Of a stretch of 64,000 nt of DNA, positions 1-12,169 are shown one piece after another. Made by a program: the position numbers and the translations under genes. Location: positions 4,154,001 to 4,218,000 of the forward strand of contig OZ316776.1 in assembly GCA_973851085.1 (NCBI GenBank), given 5' to 3'. How positions within the stretch are numbered: the stretch's first letter is position 1; the number at the start of each line of letters is the position of its first letter. This DNA is from Ptychomitrium polyphyllum. Lineage: Eukaryota. The notes under the pieces were generated by a model. The model ran no database searches, was not told the DNA's origin, and saw nothing but the letters and a program-made list of their open reading frames with translations.

Positions 1-142
1 GCATGGCATTACATAAAAGACATGTGATTCAAATTGAGGATCCTTTGCATGATAAAAGTCGCGAGAAAATTCTGTTTGCAGAAATCACCAAAATACGAGA
101 ATATGCATATGAATTCAAAATAAAGAACGCCCAAAATCTTAC

Positions 143-955
143 CGCAAGTTCCATGAGTGCTCGAATGACAATGGTGTAAGGCACCACATTGGGAGTCACT
201 CCAGCTTCCTCTATAAGCTCAAAGACGGGAAGGGCCGTCTCATTTCCCACGTGCCTTACACATTGCGTCATAAGACGAGTATACAGGTATACATCTAAAC
301 CTTTCTCATCTGAATCAGCTCCTTCTATGAGCAGACGCTCGTGAGCTGCCTTTAGCTCTACAAACTTTCTGTCCTTAGCAAGCTTGAAGAGCTTCATTAT
401 CCTCGGGTCCTGAATGAGCTCAGATGTGGGCTTCGTCTCCACCCCGGGACGCCCTCCTCTTCCATACTGCTTTGTTTTCTTTTCCACATCACCGTTGCCA
501 CTTTTTTGTAAATTCAGGTCAGAAGATCCAGCCGATGCTGCCTGTGATTCTTCCACATGACTAGATTCTGTAAACAAAACAAAAAAAAAAGTGAATCCAA
601 GAATGTCGTGTTACTGTGGCAACGCAATGCAGAACCAAAAGTCGTCTATACAACGAATGTTTTTAAATTAGGGCTTAGGGTTTATCACATGAAAACAAGT
701 ATATACTCCAATACCGTAATCGAAAATCTGCACCTAGAGGTGTTGCTGTAGAAACGAAAGACATTCGCCAATCAAACCACAACCATACAACAAAAACTCC
801 ATACATGACGAAATCGTCAAGAAGAACCCACCCGAAGCTGGCAATTCCTCGAAAGCAGCACTCGATTGGCGCACCACGGAAGTGGAAAACAGCCCGCAAT
901 TCCACACAGAAGCCACTCGCAACGCTCCTTGCAAGCGCACGCCGCGCCGGATCAT
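143..955 (-). CDS. Pentatricopeptide-repeat (PPR) protein, 5' part, probably mitochondrion-targeted; gene continues beyond window start
   Basis: Exon 1 955..832 (ATG; MIRRGVRLQGALRVASVWNCGLFSTSVVRQSS..., Arg/Ser-rich presequence-like; donor G|GTGGGT, phase 1) joins in frame to exon 2 567..143 (acceptor tttacAG, donor GCG|GTAAGA). Exon 2 encodes PPR-like helices DVYLYTRLMTQCVRHVGNETALPVFELIEEAGVTPNVVPYTIVIRALMEL. Confidence 0.8.
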
Positions 956-1531
956 CTTATCTCAGCCGCATACTCCCACCCACCTGCTTCCACAATCATT
1001 CCTCCACCATCACCCCAACTTCCAAACCCTAAACGCCCTTAAAAAACATCCAGCAGAAAACACCTCCCCAATGGAACCTGATCCTCATAAACCCACACCA
1101 CCAACTCAAAGCCTCCCGGGCATCCGCCTGGGCTCCCTCCCAGAATCTGCAGCATCACTCAAAGCCCATCGTCAACCCGCTATGTTCGTTTCAGCCTCTC
1201 AAAACCAAGCACCGCCCAGGAAAAGCTCCTGCGTTACACTGACAGCCACATTGCAAAACCATCCCACCAATTCTTCGAAACCGATTCGAGTCGAGTCGCT
1301 CTGGAATTCCACTACAAACTCCAACTCAAACTCACCATCGCTGCAAAGCTTCACTTGCTGCTTCAGACGCCGCCATCCACCTGCATTTGATACCCTCTGT
1401 AGATAATCGTGTTTTCAGGGTATAAATTTAAACGTAGCTGCTCTACCCGGGCATGGGTTTCTATTGCGGGTATCGTAACTCCAGAACTCGTTTCCGGATA
1501 AGTTTGTGGTATCAGGGGCATTTTCCCATGC

Positions 1532-1541
1532 GCCACGTGGC
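1532..1541. promoter_or_regulatory. Palindromic G-box GCCACGTGGC upstream of the PPR gene
   Basis: Perfect 10-bp palindrome with a CACGTG core about 580 bp upstream of the proposed ATG. A telo-box-like AAACCCTAAA lies at 1024-1033. Confidence 0.4.
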
Positions 1542-1753
1542 TTGAGGTCTCGCGGTCTGGAGGTTCAGATTATGTGTTTCCATAGAGAAACGCTTAGAAA
1601 AATAGTTTTTCGTTTCAAAGTACTGTGTCCACAACACACGACCCACCACCAATTGAAGTTTTTAAATGCTCAATGGAAGGGTGGCTCCTATCCCACTAGC
1701 TTTGAGTTCTTGAGTGCTTTAGCATAAGAGTGCACCATGGAAGTGCTCTTGAG

Positions 1754-1792
1754 TTTTTCCATTCAGTTTTGCCATTCAGTTTTGCCATTCAG
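1754..1792. repeat. Short tandem repeat, about 3 x 13 bp (TTTTGCCATTCAG)
   Basis: Directly visible: tttttccattcag ttttgccattcag ttttgccattcag. Confidence 0.85.
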
Positions 1793-4700
1793 GCTGCTAA
1801 ATTGTGAGTGGAATGTCACATGGAAAAGTCCTCTTACAGAGTACTTGTGAGTTTAACCTTTTAGTCATCAAAAACATATAGTATTTGTATCTTAATTTGT
1901 TAAAGCTATATTTTTAGTTGCGGATTCTAAGTAAATTATTTAAATGTGAATTAATTTTTTTATGATGAAACAAGTGCTTTGAGCAATATTCACGTCATCT
2001 TCGTCTTCATTACATTTATTTAAAATGATCACTGGAGGAAAAAAAGATGGCATCAACGAGCTTTTGGTTTGGAAATGAAATGAATTTACAAATAAATATA
2101 TTATTAATAGTGCATCATTTTAGAATTTAATTTGTAAAAGAACACATAGTTTTAGTATATCCATTATATGATTAGAAATCAAATATGTACTACTTTCTAT
2201 CCAGATGTAACATAATTTTCATCTCTTCTATGCATATTTTATCTAATCACTAATACAAACAAAAAATCCAAAAAAAGATTATGATATTAAGCAATAAGAA
2301 TATTTATATACATAAAAGTATACTTTAAATAATTCTTTTAAAATAGATAAATTTAAATCATAACCTAAAGTATATACTTCTTAAAGCTTCAATTCCTCAT
2401 ATTCACGGTAATGGAATTACCTTTGAATAATGGTTTTGGACTTTTAGAAACGAATTGAAGAGGAATCATTCAAAAAAAATACCATGCGAAATTTCATGGC
2501 CAAGGAGAACAAACTCTAAATTCATCCAAAATTAAACCATAATAGTATCAATTGACTTTTACTGTAAATGTATTAGGTTGCCTAAAGCTTGAAAATAAGA
2601 ATTTCTCCAATCTAGCACCTCCTAGATATCCGCGTGGAAACCTGGCCCAACACGGATATCGTATACCCTTCAACCTAATGGGCAACCTTTGTCGGCGTCT
2701 CGTTCATGCGAATTTCGCAAAATTACAGGGGTGGGTTGAATATCGATAAAGTCGAGTAAAAAGGTTAAAGTGTTCTCGATGGGGACAATCTACTGTTGCA
2801 AGTAGAAGCTCCAAGGAATTTCTTGTGAAATTTCCTCCTGGTTGCGTGAGAATATCTTGTCCAATGCTAAAGCAATTCCGTTATGGAGCCTGCTTATAAA
2901 AGAGTATTGCAAGCTCTCCAGAAGTTAGAGCATAAATTTGTGGGCTAAAAAAAAATCGTTGCCTGGGTTGTAGGTTTACCCTCTGCACGTACTTCTGTGA
3001 TCACACCAACATCATCTTTCATAGAATTACCCCTGCTTCATGCATTGTGCAGAGCCTTTCAATAATTCTGTAGTGATATTTGAAGGTATGAGGTCAAGTC
3101 TACGTGGTCTTTGTGGGCATTTTTCAGGAAATGTTCCATTTTGACAGAAAAATCACTCCATTCATGTACATGCTTCCTAGGCATGCATGAACTGTGGTAG
3201 ACTTGGTTTGTACAGTAGATTTTTGTTTTATCTTTGATTATGATTATGAGTGAGATAACACTATTTTAATCTGAGTCCAGAGGATGTACTGCAGTTTAAA
3301 AGACTGGTGTGCTTCTGCGGAGGTTTCCAGTAGACTACAAACGTAATGCAATAGGCCCATTTCTGAGTTGGCTAAGTGGTACTATAGACAAAGCATAGTC
3401 TACATGAAGAGTCATATATGCTGACCTGGAGCTGACCTATATTCTGGTAGTGGGTAGAGCACTTCCTTGATGGTTATAGTTCTCTCACTATTATAAAATT
3501 CTTTAAAATGAAAGAAGCTTCCATACAACCTGGCTAAACCTCCTTCCTTGATGAATATCTATACTGTTCTGGATTTCACATACTAGGAAAGATGCTGCTG
3601 ATTTTCAGTTTTTTGGTTTTTTTTAACCCGGGATATTTTGGTGGAATTTTAAAAACTAACACAACCTTGACAGATTCTTTTCAAATCATTCAGCCATCAG
3701 ATATGCAATGTCATTCTGGTGTAGAATTATAATGCTTTTACATGGTTATGATTATGTAAAAAGAGTGAGTCTGTTGGAGCCAGTTGATGGCTAAGAGGAT
3801 CCAAGCACTGTTCATGATTTATTCCAGGATACATATGTGGGCTGTTATAGTGTAGAATGCATGAGGTCAACTGATGTGGGCACTGAAATGTGCTTCCTGC
3901 ATGTAGTAATGGCACATTCTTTATGTTTAAATGATTTCCATGGGGGACTCCCACAGGAAGCTTCAAGAGATAGCTTTCATTGCTCAAAGGATTCACTGCA
4001 TCAGAGAAATAGTAAGTTTGTTGCAGAGCAAGTTTGTACCTCTGTTGGATATTGCACTAGTGTGGTAGGAAAGAGGCCTGTTCTACATCACAAAAAGTTG
4101 TCACTGTATTTAAACTAGTCTATGGAAATTAGCATGATCAGCACACTGCAATTGCTCATAGCAATAAGTTCCTTAATTAGTTATGGTCCTTTGCATGATC
4201 CTACATCACATGAAACCATCATATTATACATGTATCATAATTTACAACTTCATGATAATGAGTGATAATTTCATACTATGTGATTCAATTTATTTTTTAA
4301 ATTGTGAAAACAATGTGGAACTTTCATAGGATTTAAGTTGATGTACTTGTCATATCATTATTATTACCATGTCACATACCCCTCATTTACAAATTAATTG
4401 ATCGAAATTTTATGCCTAGGGCAATTTCAACACTAAGTACTAGAACATTGAGCATCTAAAATCCTAGGACAATGCTTCCTTAGGCATTGAACAAAACATA
4501 AAAAGGATGAGGTGTTAGTTAAGGCTTCATGATGTTGCTAACAATGACAAAATTGAGAAGTTTTACCTTTGCATACAATGGCTTTAATAGCACTTTAATC
4601 ATTTGAAAATTTATTATATTCATCACCTTATGATTTTGTATAAATTTACATGGTGGTGCAAAATTTCATTGCCCATTCATGCTAAATGAAATATATCCTA

Positions 4701-6189
4701 CGGTAAATAGATGTAAATGCCAGTATTTTACATCATGATTAAGGTTTAAGCTCACCAAGAAATTTATATTACAAAATGTATGCTATAAATAAAATTCTCT
4801 TGTAAAATATATCATCTACAAAATAGTTTTTAAAACTCTTATTTTTCAACATAGTTGTAAAATTTTCTAATATTATAATTTTACATGGTGCAAAACGTTT
4901 GTAGAAATTTTTGGCTTCTAATTCTTGTACATTCTTCTACACTATGTACATTTCAAATTACAGATTAAAAAAGATCTAATCAACAATACAAAAGAGGGCA
5001 TTGTGGCATCATATGTCTAAAAAAGGGCATGTAAAGCCTTTATGACCACTTCTTAGAATTCTCAACAATTATTATTTTAGTGCCCTTCCTTTGACTCCAT
5101 CATATAAGTGCCTAAGATTCCAACGGCTCACATAGTATTTTTTTTAATATCACACATCTTACAATCTTGATATTTTTAGCTCTTATACCTCAATATTGTA
5201 TTTAACATGTATAATTTGCCACAAAAATCCATTGGAATGAACATCAAAGAAATACTTTCCAAAATGTACTACAAATTTACATACAATACAATTCAATTGC
5301 ATTTTCTTTTTGCATTCACAATGCAGCTAGAACTTTAGCAATCTTTCAAAAGTAACAAAACCTTTAAAAACTACCATAGTATTATCCAAAAAAAACATAA
5401 GACTTTATACCACTACTTTTGAAAACCAAAGTAATAAATACAACATGATTGCATGTAATCTTGGTCCCTTCCCATGTTCTTATTATAGATTACAACCATT
5501 GAGAAATTTTCGATGAAAGTATGTGCACAACCTTCATATAGCTTCATCATTGTTCCTAAGGGACAACCATTCAACCAATGTTTAGCATAAGCCAACCTTT
5601 GCTATTGATTCAATGGATGGCAACAATGTAGACTTTATTATATACTATAAATTATAAAATTTGGCTTGGCTAAATTGGCTAAATTTTATTGTATAACATT
5701 TAATAAAGATAGGCATGGCCTTCCTGCATTGTAGCCATAGTGTAAACACCCCACAATAGTAAAAATTCAAATAGATGAATGCATGTAAAAAAAATCATTA
5801 AATATGCATGTATGATTTATAAAGAACAAGGGCTTGTATAATTTCATCAGCATCCTATGTCCTGCTCAACAATTCAATTCGACTTCCTTCATTATATTTG
5901 CCTTGCTTATAGATGTACTATGTATTACAAATATAGTTTACTCTAGAATCTCTGCGTACTCAAATTTTGATGTCATACTACGATAATTTACCTTCATGCA
6001 TTGCTTAATTTTATAAAACCTATTAGAATGTGGCGTCATCATTTCATTGATAAATAGGAAGTATATATAATAGGATTATATATTTTTAACATAAATCAAA
6101 TATTTAATGACAATAAACATCATATAGTTTATAAAGAGGGGCCTCTTGAAGATTAAAAGAAGTTGTTGTTTTTATTGAAGAAGATGAAA

Positions 6190-7680
6190 AAGATGCTTAA
6201 AGATCCTCTTTTTAAGCCATTTTATAGAGATAATTTAATTTGACACCACTTTATAATTAATGGAAGGGATGAGTTTAAAAACAACAAGGTTGGTATGATT
6301 CCTTGGAATTCAATAAACAATTTTGTAGTGCGCATGCATAATTGCCAAAAAACTTTTTTGAAATCTTAAATACCTTTATACTTATAGATTTGATAATAAA
6401 ATCATGTCTATTTGATGGCTTCACAATTTCTAAGGATGTGGCAAAATTTTACATCTTCCAATTGGATTTGCAATTTAATTATTTTCATGTGTTTGAAATA
6501 GCGCACAATGTTTAGTACCTAATTTGTTGTAGGTACACATGTTATTTTGGACTTAAATATTATTATGGCATCTTCTACAAAATGCAGTTGTTAATGGTTC
6601 TTTGAAATAAAACAACCATATTTTAATCTCTTATTGTGTCAAAGTTTATATAAAAGCATTGTATATTGTAATAAGAATGAATATCATGCCTATGGAATCA
6701 TGATAGCTAGCTCTAAACATGCCATTAAGACATCATTGTTAATTTTATTTTTATTTTTTTATATACTTGGTAACATTGGCTCTCAGCAAATCAAATAATG
6801 GTGCATTATAAGAATTTTATGATGCAATATGGACAAAGCTTCCACCAGTGTGAATGACAATGCTTTTTTGCAAGACATCCAAAATTTGGCAAATTAGCAT
6901 ACAAAGAACCCTAGCAATATCAATTATATAATACCATTAATGTTTGGATGTGGATAGAAAAACATCATAAGCTTTTGTATTAATACTAAATATACAAGAT
7001 GTTGAATTTGAACAATATTATTCAACATGATTCTTTATTTAAACTTGATGTTTAAATAGATTATTAGTTTTTTTAAATGCTCAAATTTAATAATGAGCGT
7101 GCCAATTGCTTTGATGCCTCATTCATAACAATTAAATTAAGAATATTTTCCTTCTATTAGATTCTAAATATTATATTATCACCACTATACTTTTATTAGA
7201 ACATTTTTTTGTCTTTGACATTGAAAAAGGACATTTAAGGTTCTTTTTATATAGTATCTATGGCAAAAGATTAAAATAAAGTTATGCTTTCAGCATGCAA
7301 CTACAAATTGGTTGGAAAATGTTGCATAGAAGGTATTAGAAATCAAAGATTATGCATACATTATGAAATGGATTTTTGATATAATGTGCAAATAAGGAAA
7401 TAATCCTATCAATATAAATTTAATGATTTAGGCTTATATATAGTTAAATGCCATATAAAGAAAATTAGTGCAAATTAACTTATGATTTAGTTTGACATCC
7501 ATTGGTTTGCAAAGCTTACCATGTGTCATATTGTACTCTAAAATCTATTCCATAGTTACTAAATTGCAAATGCACATATTGAGTTGTATCATATTAACAA
7601 TTAAAGTGTTTCTATTAAGATGAAATTTAGCGGAAGATAAATGGATTAGTTCATCATTTATTTGATGAAAGAAGTGCAAA
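6190..7680 (+). mobile_element. Degenerate Mutator-like (MULE) transposase relic
   Basis: Manual translation through stops and frameshifts gives motifs in colinear order: DPLFKPFYRDNLI*...VGMIPWNSINNFV (~6200-6330), YTCYFG (~6535), INVWMWIEKHH (~6940), LLVF..GVPIA (~7060-7110), LCFQHATTNWLENV (CxxH motif, ~7282-7323), ANAHIELYH (catalytic-Glu region, ~7566-7592), GR*MD.LVHHL (~7630-7660). The block is AT-rich and CpG-poor. Confidence 0.7.
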
Positions 7681-9864
7681 GGACTTTCCAATCAAAGCTC
7701 CATATTTGTCTACTTTAATTCCAACAATTGCAAGCAAAAAGATAAATAATTTCAATTCCTTATAGATGGCTTGAAGTTAAAAGCTTTACACTTGGACAAG
7801 CAAGATACATTCTTTTTTGCACTAGCATGCAATGCAATAAGTTTTGTCCTAATAACAACCAATATAGCATTAATGTCTTCAAATTGGATTATGGTTGAAG
7901 TAGGATCCTATATAATAACATTATTAGACTTTGTTTTCAATTTGAAACACACAATGGATTGCAACCATAAGCAAAAGTATATACTTAGTTGCAAACTATC
8001 TTTACCTTAGTATTAACAATTTTCACCTACTACATATGTTTGCCAATTCCTCATGTTAACCCTCCTTGTATATATCCAATTCTATTTTTTATGCAAGTGC
8101 GTGAAAAAATGCTTGAACCTTGTCAAAGATCAATTCTTTCAACTAGTCCTTGTAGTCCATTAATTCCATTATATTTTGCTTGTATACTTAAATTTTTTCT
8201 TCATTCAAGTCTCTGTTTGAAATACAAAGCAAACTATCTTTTATGATGTATTTGTAACATACTCAAATACATGGCAATGATAAAAAAAAACCTTTCTAAA
8301 TAAAAGAAATTGGACATTAATAAATTTTACATGAGATGGATAAGAAGAACACATTGAAAAACGTTCCTGGTAGACCAAATATATTTTCTATGCACCTCAA
8401 TTTGTCATCTTTTAAATAAATGAAATACATTTTATACATGCGATTTTGCAATTGTATTCTAAATTTTAAAAACTACCTCCAAGTAATGCATTTAGAAGTG
8501 TAATTTCCATAACTTTTTAGTGTTAACCTTTAGAATAACGCCTTAAGATTTTTAACTCTAAATTTTAAACTTTTCAAAATATTTCTTTAAATTCCAAATT
8601 CTTTAATCATTTCCATAATTTTCCAAATCCTACTTTCATCCCAACACCAACAACAAGAAAAACGAATTATCCCTGTGCAAAAGTCATATTGTGCATTAAA
8701 AATAAGTTCTGTTAATTTCTTAAATCTTTAAATTGTAATGAACATATTGTCAAACTTTGCAATGATCTTTGAAGCCTTTGCAAGTTCAAATTAAGTTTTT
8801 TTTTCCTAAACTTTTTTAGTTCATTGAGTGGTAGAAGGCATCATCTTCCAATTCATGTTTATAACTTTTAACCATGAGAAAAGATGGAATTACAAATTAC
8901 TACTTTACAATATTCTTTCTTATTGAGCCTAATCCAAATTCTTTATTAACCTTATCAATTACCACCAAGATGTTGTTACTTCTTTTAAAAGTGCATCTTA
9001 TGCTTTTATAGAACACATCTTCTTCCAACCGTCCATGGAATCCATGTTTCAATGCTTTCTACTTTTATGGTCTTGTCTAAATGCTAGGCTATCTTTTAAA
9101 CAAACCTTCAACTCAAAAATATATTTTGTGTATTTCAAAATCACCACACCTAATCTAAAGTGTGTAATAGTGATTGCACTAAAAGACTTGCATAATACTG
9201 ACAAAAAGAAACCAAAAGTACATTCTTAAATTCCAAACTACTTTTGCTATCAAAACATGAAGAGCCAAGAAAAAAACAACAGCTATAAGATGAAGATGAA
9301 GCTTTTTAACAGATAAGGGAGTTAAGAGGGAGAGCTTTCACATATATGTAAACAAACATCCATTCCACTCCTATGCGAGCAAAGAATTATTGTCAATAAA
9401 TGGATACAATGCAATACACACATGGATGTAATTTTGGTTTGCCAAAAATATGTAAGGGATCCACTGACATGACCTGCCAAGTCATGCCACTGATCCTTCT
9501 TCTCAAATACATAATTGGGGGCAGCATTCTGTTAAAGCCCATTTCAGCAAAACTACTGCAGCATCCTTGACTCCTTCTTACTAAAACCGCCATATCTCCT
9601 CATCCAAAGCTTGAAATTACATGAAATAAAGTGACCTACAAACCTAACATCAGCGTGCGTAACTTTTTAGTTGAAGTCTGAATTGAATTCCGCCCAGAAA
9701 ATAAAATACAGGCTGCAAAGGGAGTCACAGGCCTGAAACTAGATTTACGGATGTAAGGCGTTAAGGACGAATAAACGTACTCCATTTATAAAAATCACTC
9801 ACCCCTATTTCAGGGTGTCCTCTGTTGGTACTCAGGGCATATTTGCGCCATGTATTGTTTCCAT

Positions 9865-9897
9865 GTAATTACCCAAGAGGGTGAATTACACACGTGG
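9865..9897. promoter_or_regulatory. ABRE/G-box (ACACGTGG, 9890-9897) next to a small inverted repeat, upstream of the DCAF11-like gene
   Basis: GTAATTACCC-aaga-GGGTgAATTAC at 9865-9889 followed by ACACGTGG, near the transition from AT-rich to GC-richer leader sequence. Confidence 0.3.
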
Positions 9898-12169
9898 ATA
9901 TGGATCCTGTCATTTGACCAAATGCACAACTCGATGGCAACTCAGCACTGAACCATACCAGTTTCAAATTCACCACAGCCTCGTCTGCCATGTCTTCATT
10001 TTAATCCTCATTCCGTAAAGAGCCCCTCGATTGACTCAAAAAGCTGGCCCCCAATCCTATTCAATCAAATAGCCCTGAACCGTGATTTTGTAGATTCTAA
10101 CATCCAGAAACGAATCTATCCACTGGATACATATAATGGATGAGAATCTAGGAAAAGCAAGAATTTCAGGCGGTGGCGCTAAAGTCGCAGTGCTAGGCAG
10201 GGTAGTAAAGCTAGTGATTGTTGCTGTTTGCTGGTGCAGGCGTTTCGTGTTCAATCGTCGTCCGAGTCTTCGTGGAAGCAACCTGTGCATGCAGACTTTT
10301 GTGTTGATTGATGTGTACTGTGTTGTTTTTCTCCAGCAATCTGACTCGAGTTTTGGCACCGCCGAACATTCATCGCACTGCAGGCTAGTCAGTTAGATAG
10401 TCAGAGTGTCTGGGAGTTGCCCGCAATCTCCAGTTAGAAGTTCTGGCCGTTTTTCTTGCACGGCTGGAAAGCTTCGCCCGACTGTAGTGCCTATGCGGCG
10501 GTGGTGGTGAGAGGTGTCGACTGACTGCTGGGATGACGTGAGACACGAGCGTAGTGCGGTGGTGATGCTGACGACGAGGGCTGGGGGATCACCGGGAGGC
10601 GGAATGCAACGCAGTACATGAGCGAGGGGGTGTCTGTGGCGTGGGCATCAATGATATGCGGTTGGGGGATGGGGTGTCCGAGCCTGGCGATGGTCGAGGG
10701 CGGTGCGGAGGAGGTGGACTGGTGTCTGATCGACGGAGGGAGCCTGGTAGTGGTGTAGTTCAGAGCTTGCGCCAGTTGGAGTTACCCGAATTCCTTCACG
10801 GTGAGCGTCGTGCTGTATTCCGACTTGACGTGAGAGTGTGATGCCGGTTGTTGGCGTATCTGATGATTGGCTTTCTGCGAACTGACCCATGTGACGACCC
10901 TTGCCACTCCTGGTCTGTGTTGAGAATTGATTTTCAGTGGGCTGGTCTAGTTGCACTGCCGAGCAGATTAGAAAGAAGCGGTGGATTGAAAAGAGAGTTT
11001 GAATTTTGACTGTGTGCAAGAAAAGGACATTCTCTACCAAGGGAAGTGAACATCGCAGGTGTGCATAGTTAGTGTGTACATTGTGGAGAGTTTGGTAATC
11101 CAAGCGTGTTTTCTTTGCTACTTTGGGGCGGTTGGTTCGTGCTTAGATCTTGTATTTGTGGATGGGATGCTTCTTTCTATGGAAACTGGAAGGATGGAAT
11201 TAATGCTTATACTCAGCTTTTTGTACGATAAGGAGGTGCTCTGGGTTTGAAGGTGTAGATCAGACACGGGCATTTGTAGGTGTTTACCTTGTGTCCGTTT
11301 TTGTAGTCTATGGCTTTTTAATGATGGATTTCTTAATCGGGTCATTTATCTCCACGTTCCTTCGGCTCGAAGTAGTTTCACGAGATAGACCCTAGAGTTG
11401 ATAATTTTTTTCTCTAAATTCTTTTTGTACTTCATCGACTACGACCAGTTCTTGGTTTTTGGTTGCAGTTAACTAACAAGCTTCAAACGTTTGAGTGTGT
11501 GTCTCATTACTTTTTATTTTTTTGCTGGCGGAATGCTGAGAGAATGGACTCGTTCTTTCAGTTACGCTTCTGAGTCTTCTTTTCACACGCATAAGTGACT
11601 AGCATTGAAATTACAAGAATTTAGATCAGTTTCAGGTTTCTGCGATTTTAGTCCGAGTTTGGCAGACAATCTTTCTGTCGTCTTTTGTGCAATATTTGGC
11701 AGCATTCACCAAGGAACACTTTGGATCCTCTCAATGTTCGAGTTGGAGACTCTTATATTGTATATACTCTGGGACTGATGGCATTTCTTTGATAATCTAA
11801 CAATGAATCGTATTAGAGAATTGTGCTAAGATGTATTCTCGTAGAATGTGTAAGGTTACTGTATCACTGTCGCATTATACCCATTCATTCCCCTTAATGT
11901 ATAAACCTCCTGATTTATTTTCCACCTTACTCTCTTAGTGATGGAAACTCCCCGAGTTCTCATGTGACTTCAGGTGCTGTATCAACTTAGAAAAGCAAGA
12001 AAATACTTTGCAAACCTTCCTCATGTCAATCTCTCTAGTTCACTGGTGGCATGTTTCGTTGCACAGATGATCCAGTTGACATCGTTTTGGGATACTATGT
12101 TACAGGGGTTTGGGCAGGAAGTGGTACGCGCTGGATTCTCAGGAGCCACTTCAGAGCGGCACTGCCGAC

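Noticed and set aside
882..1406. 174-aa plus-strand Pro/Ser/His-rich ORF
   Set aside because: Antisense to the PPR first exon and G-rich leader; low complexity and no domain.
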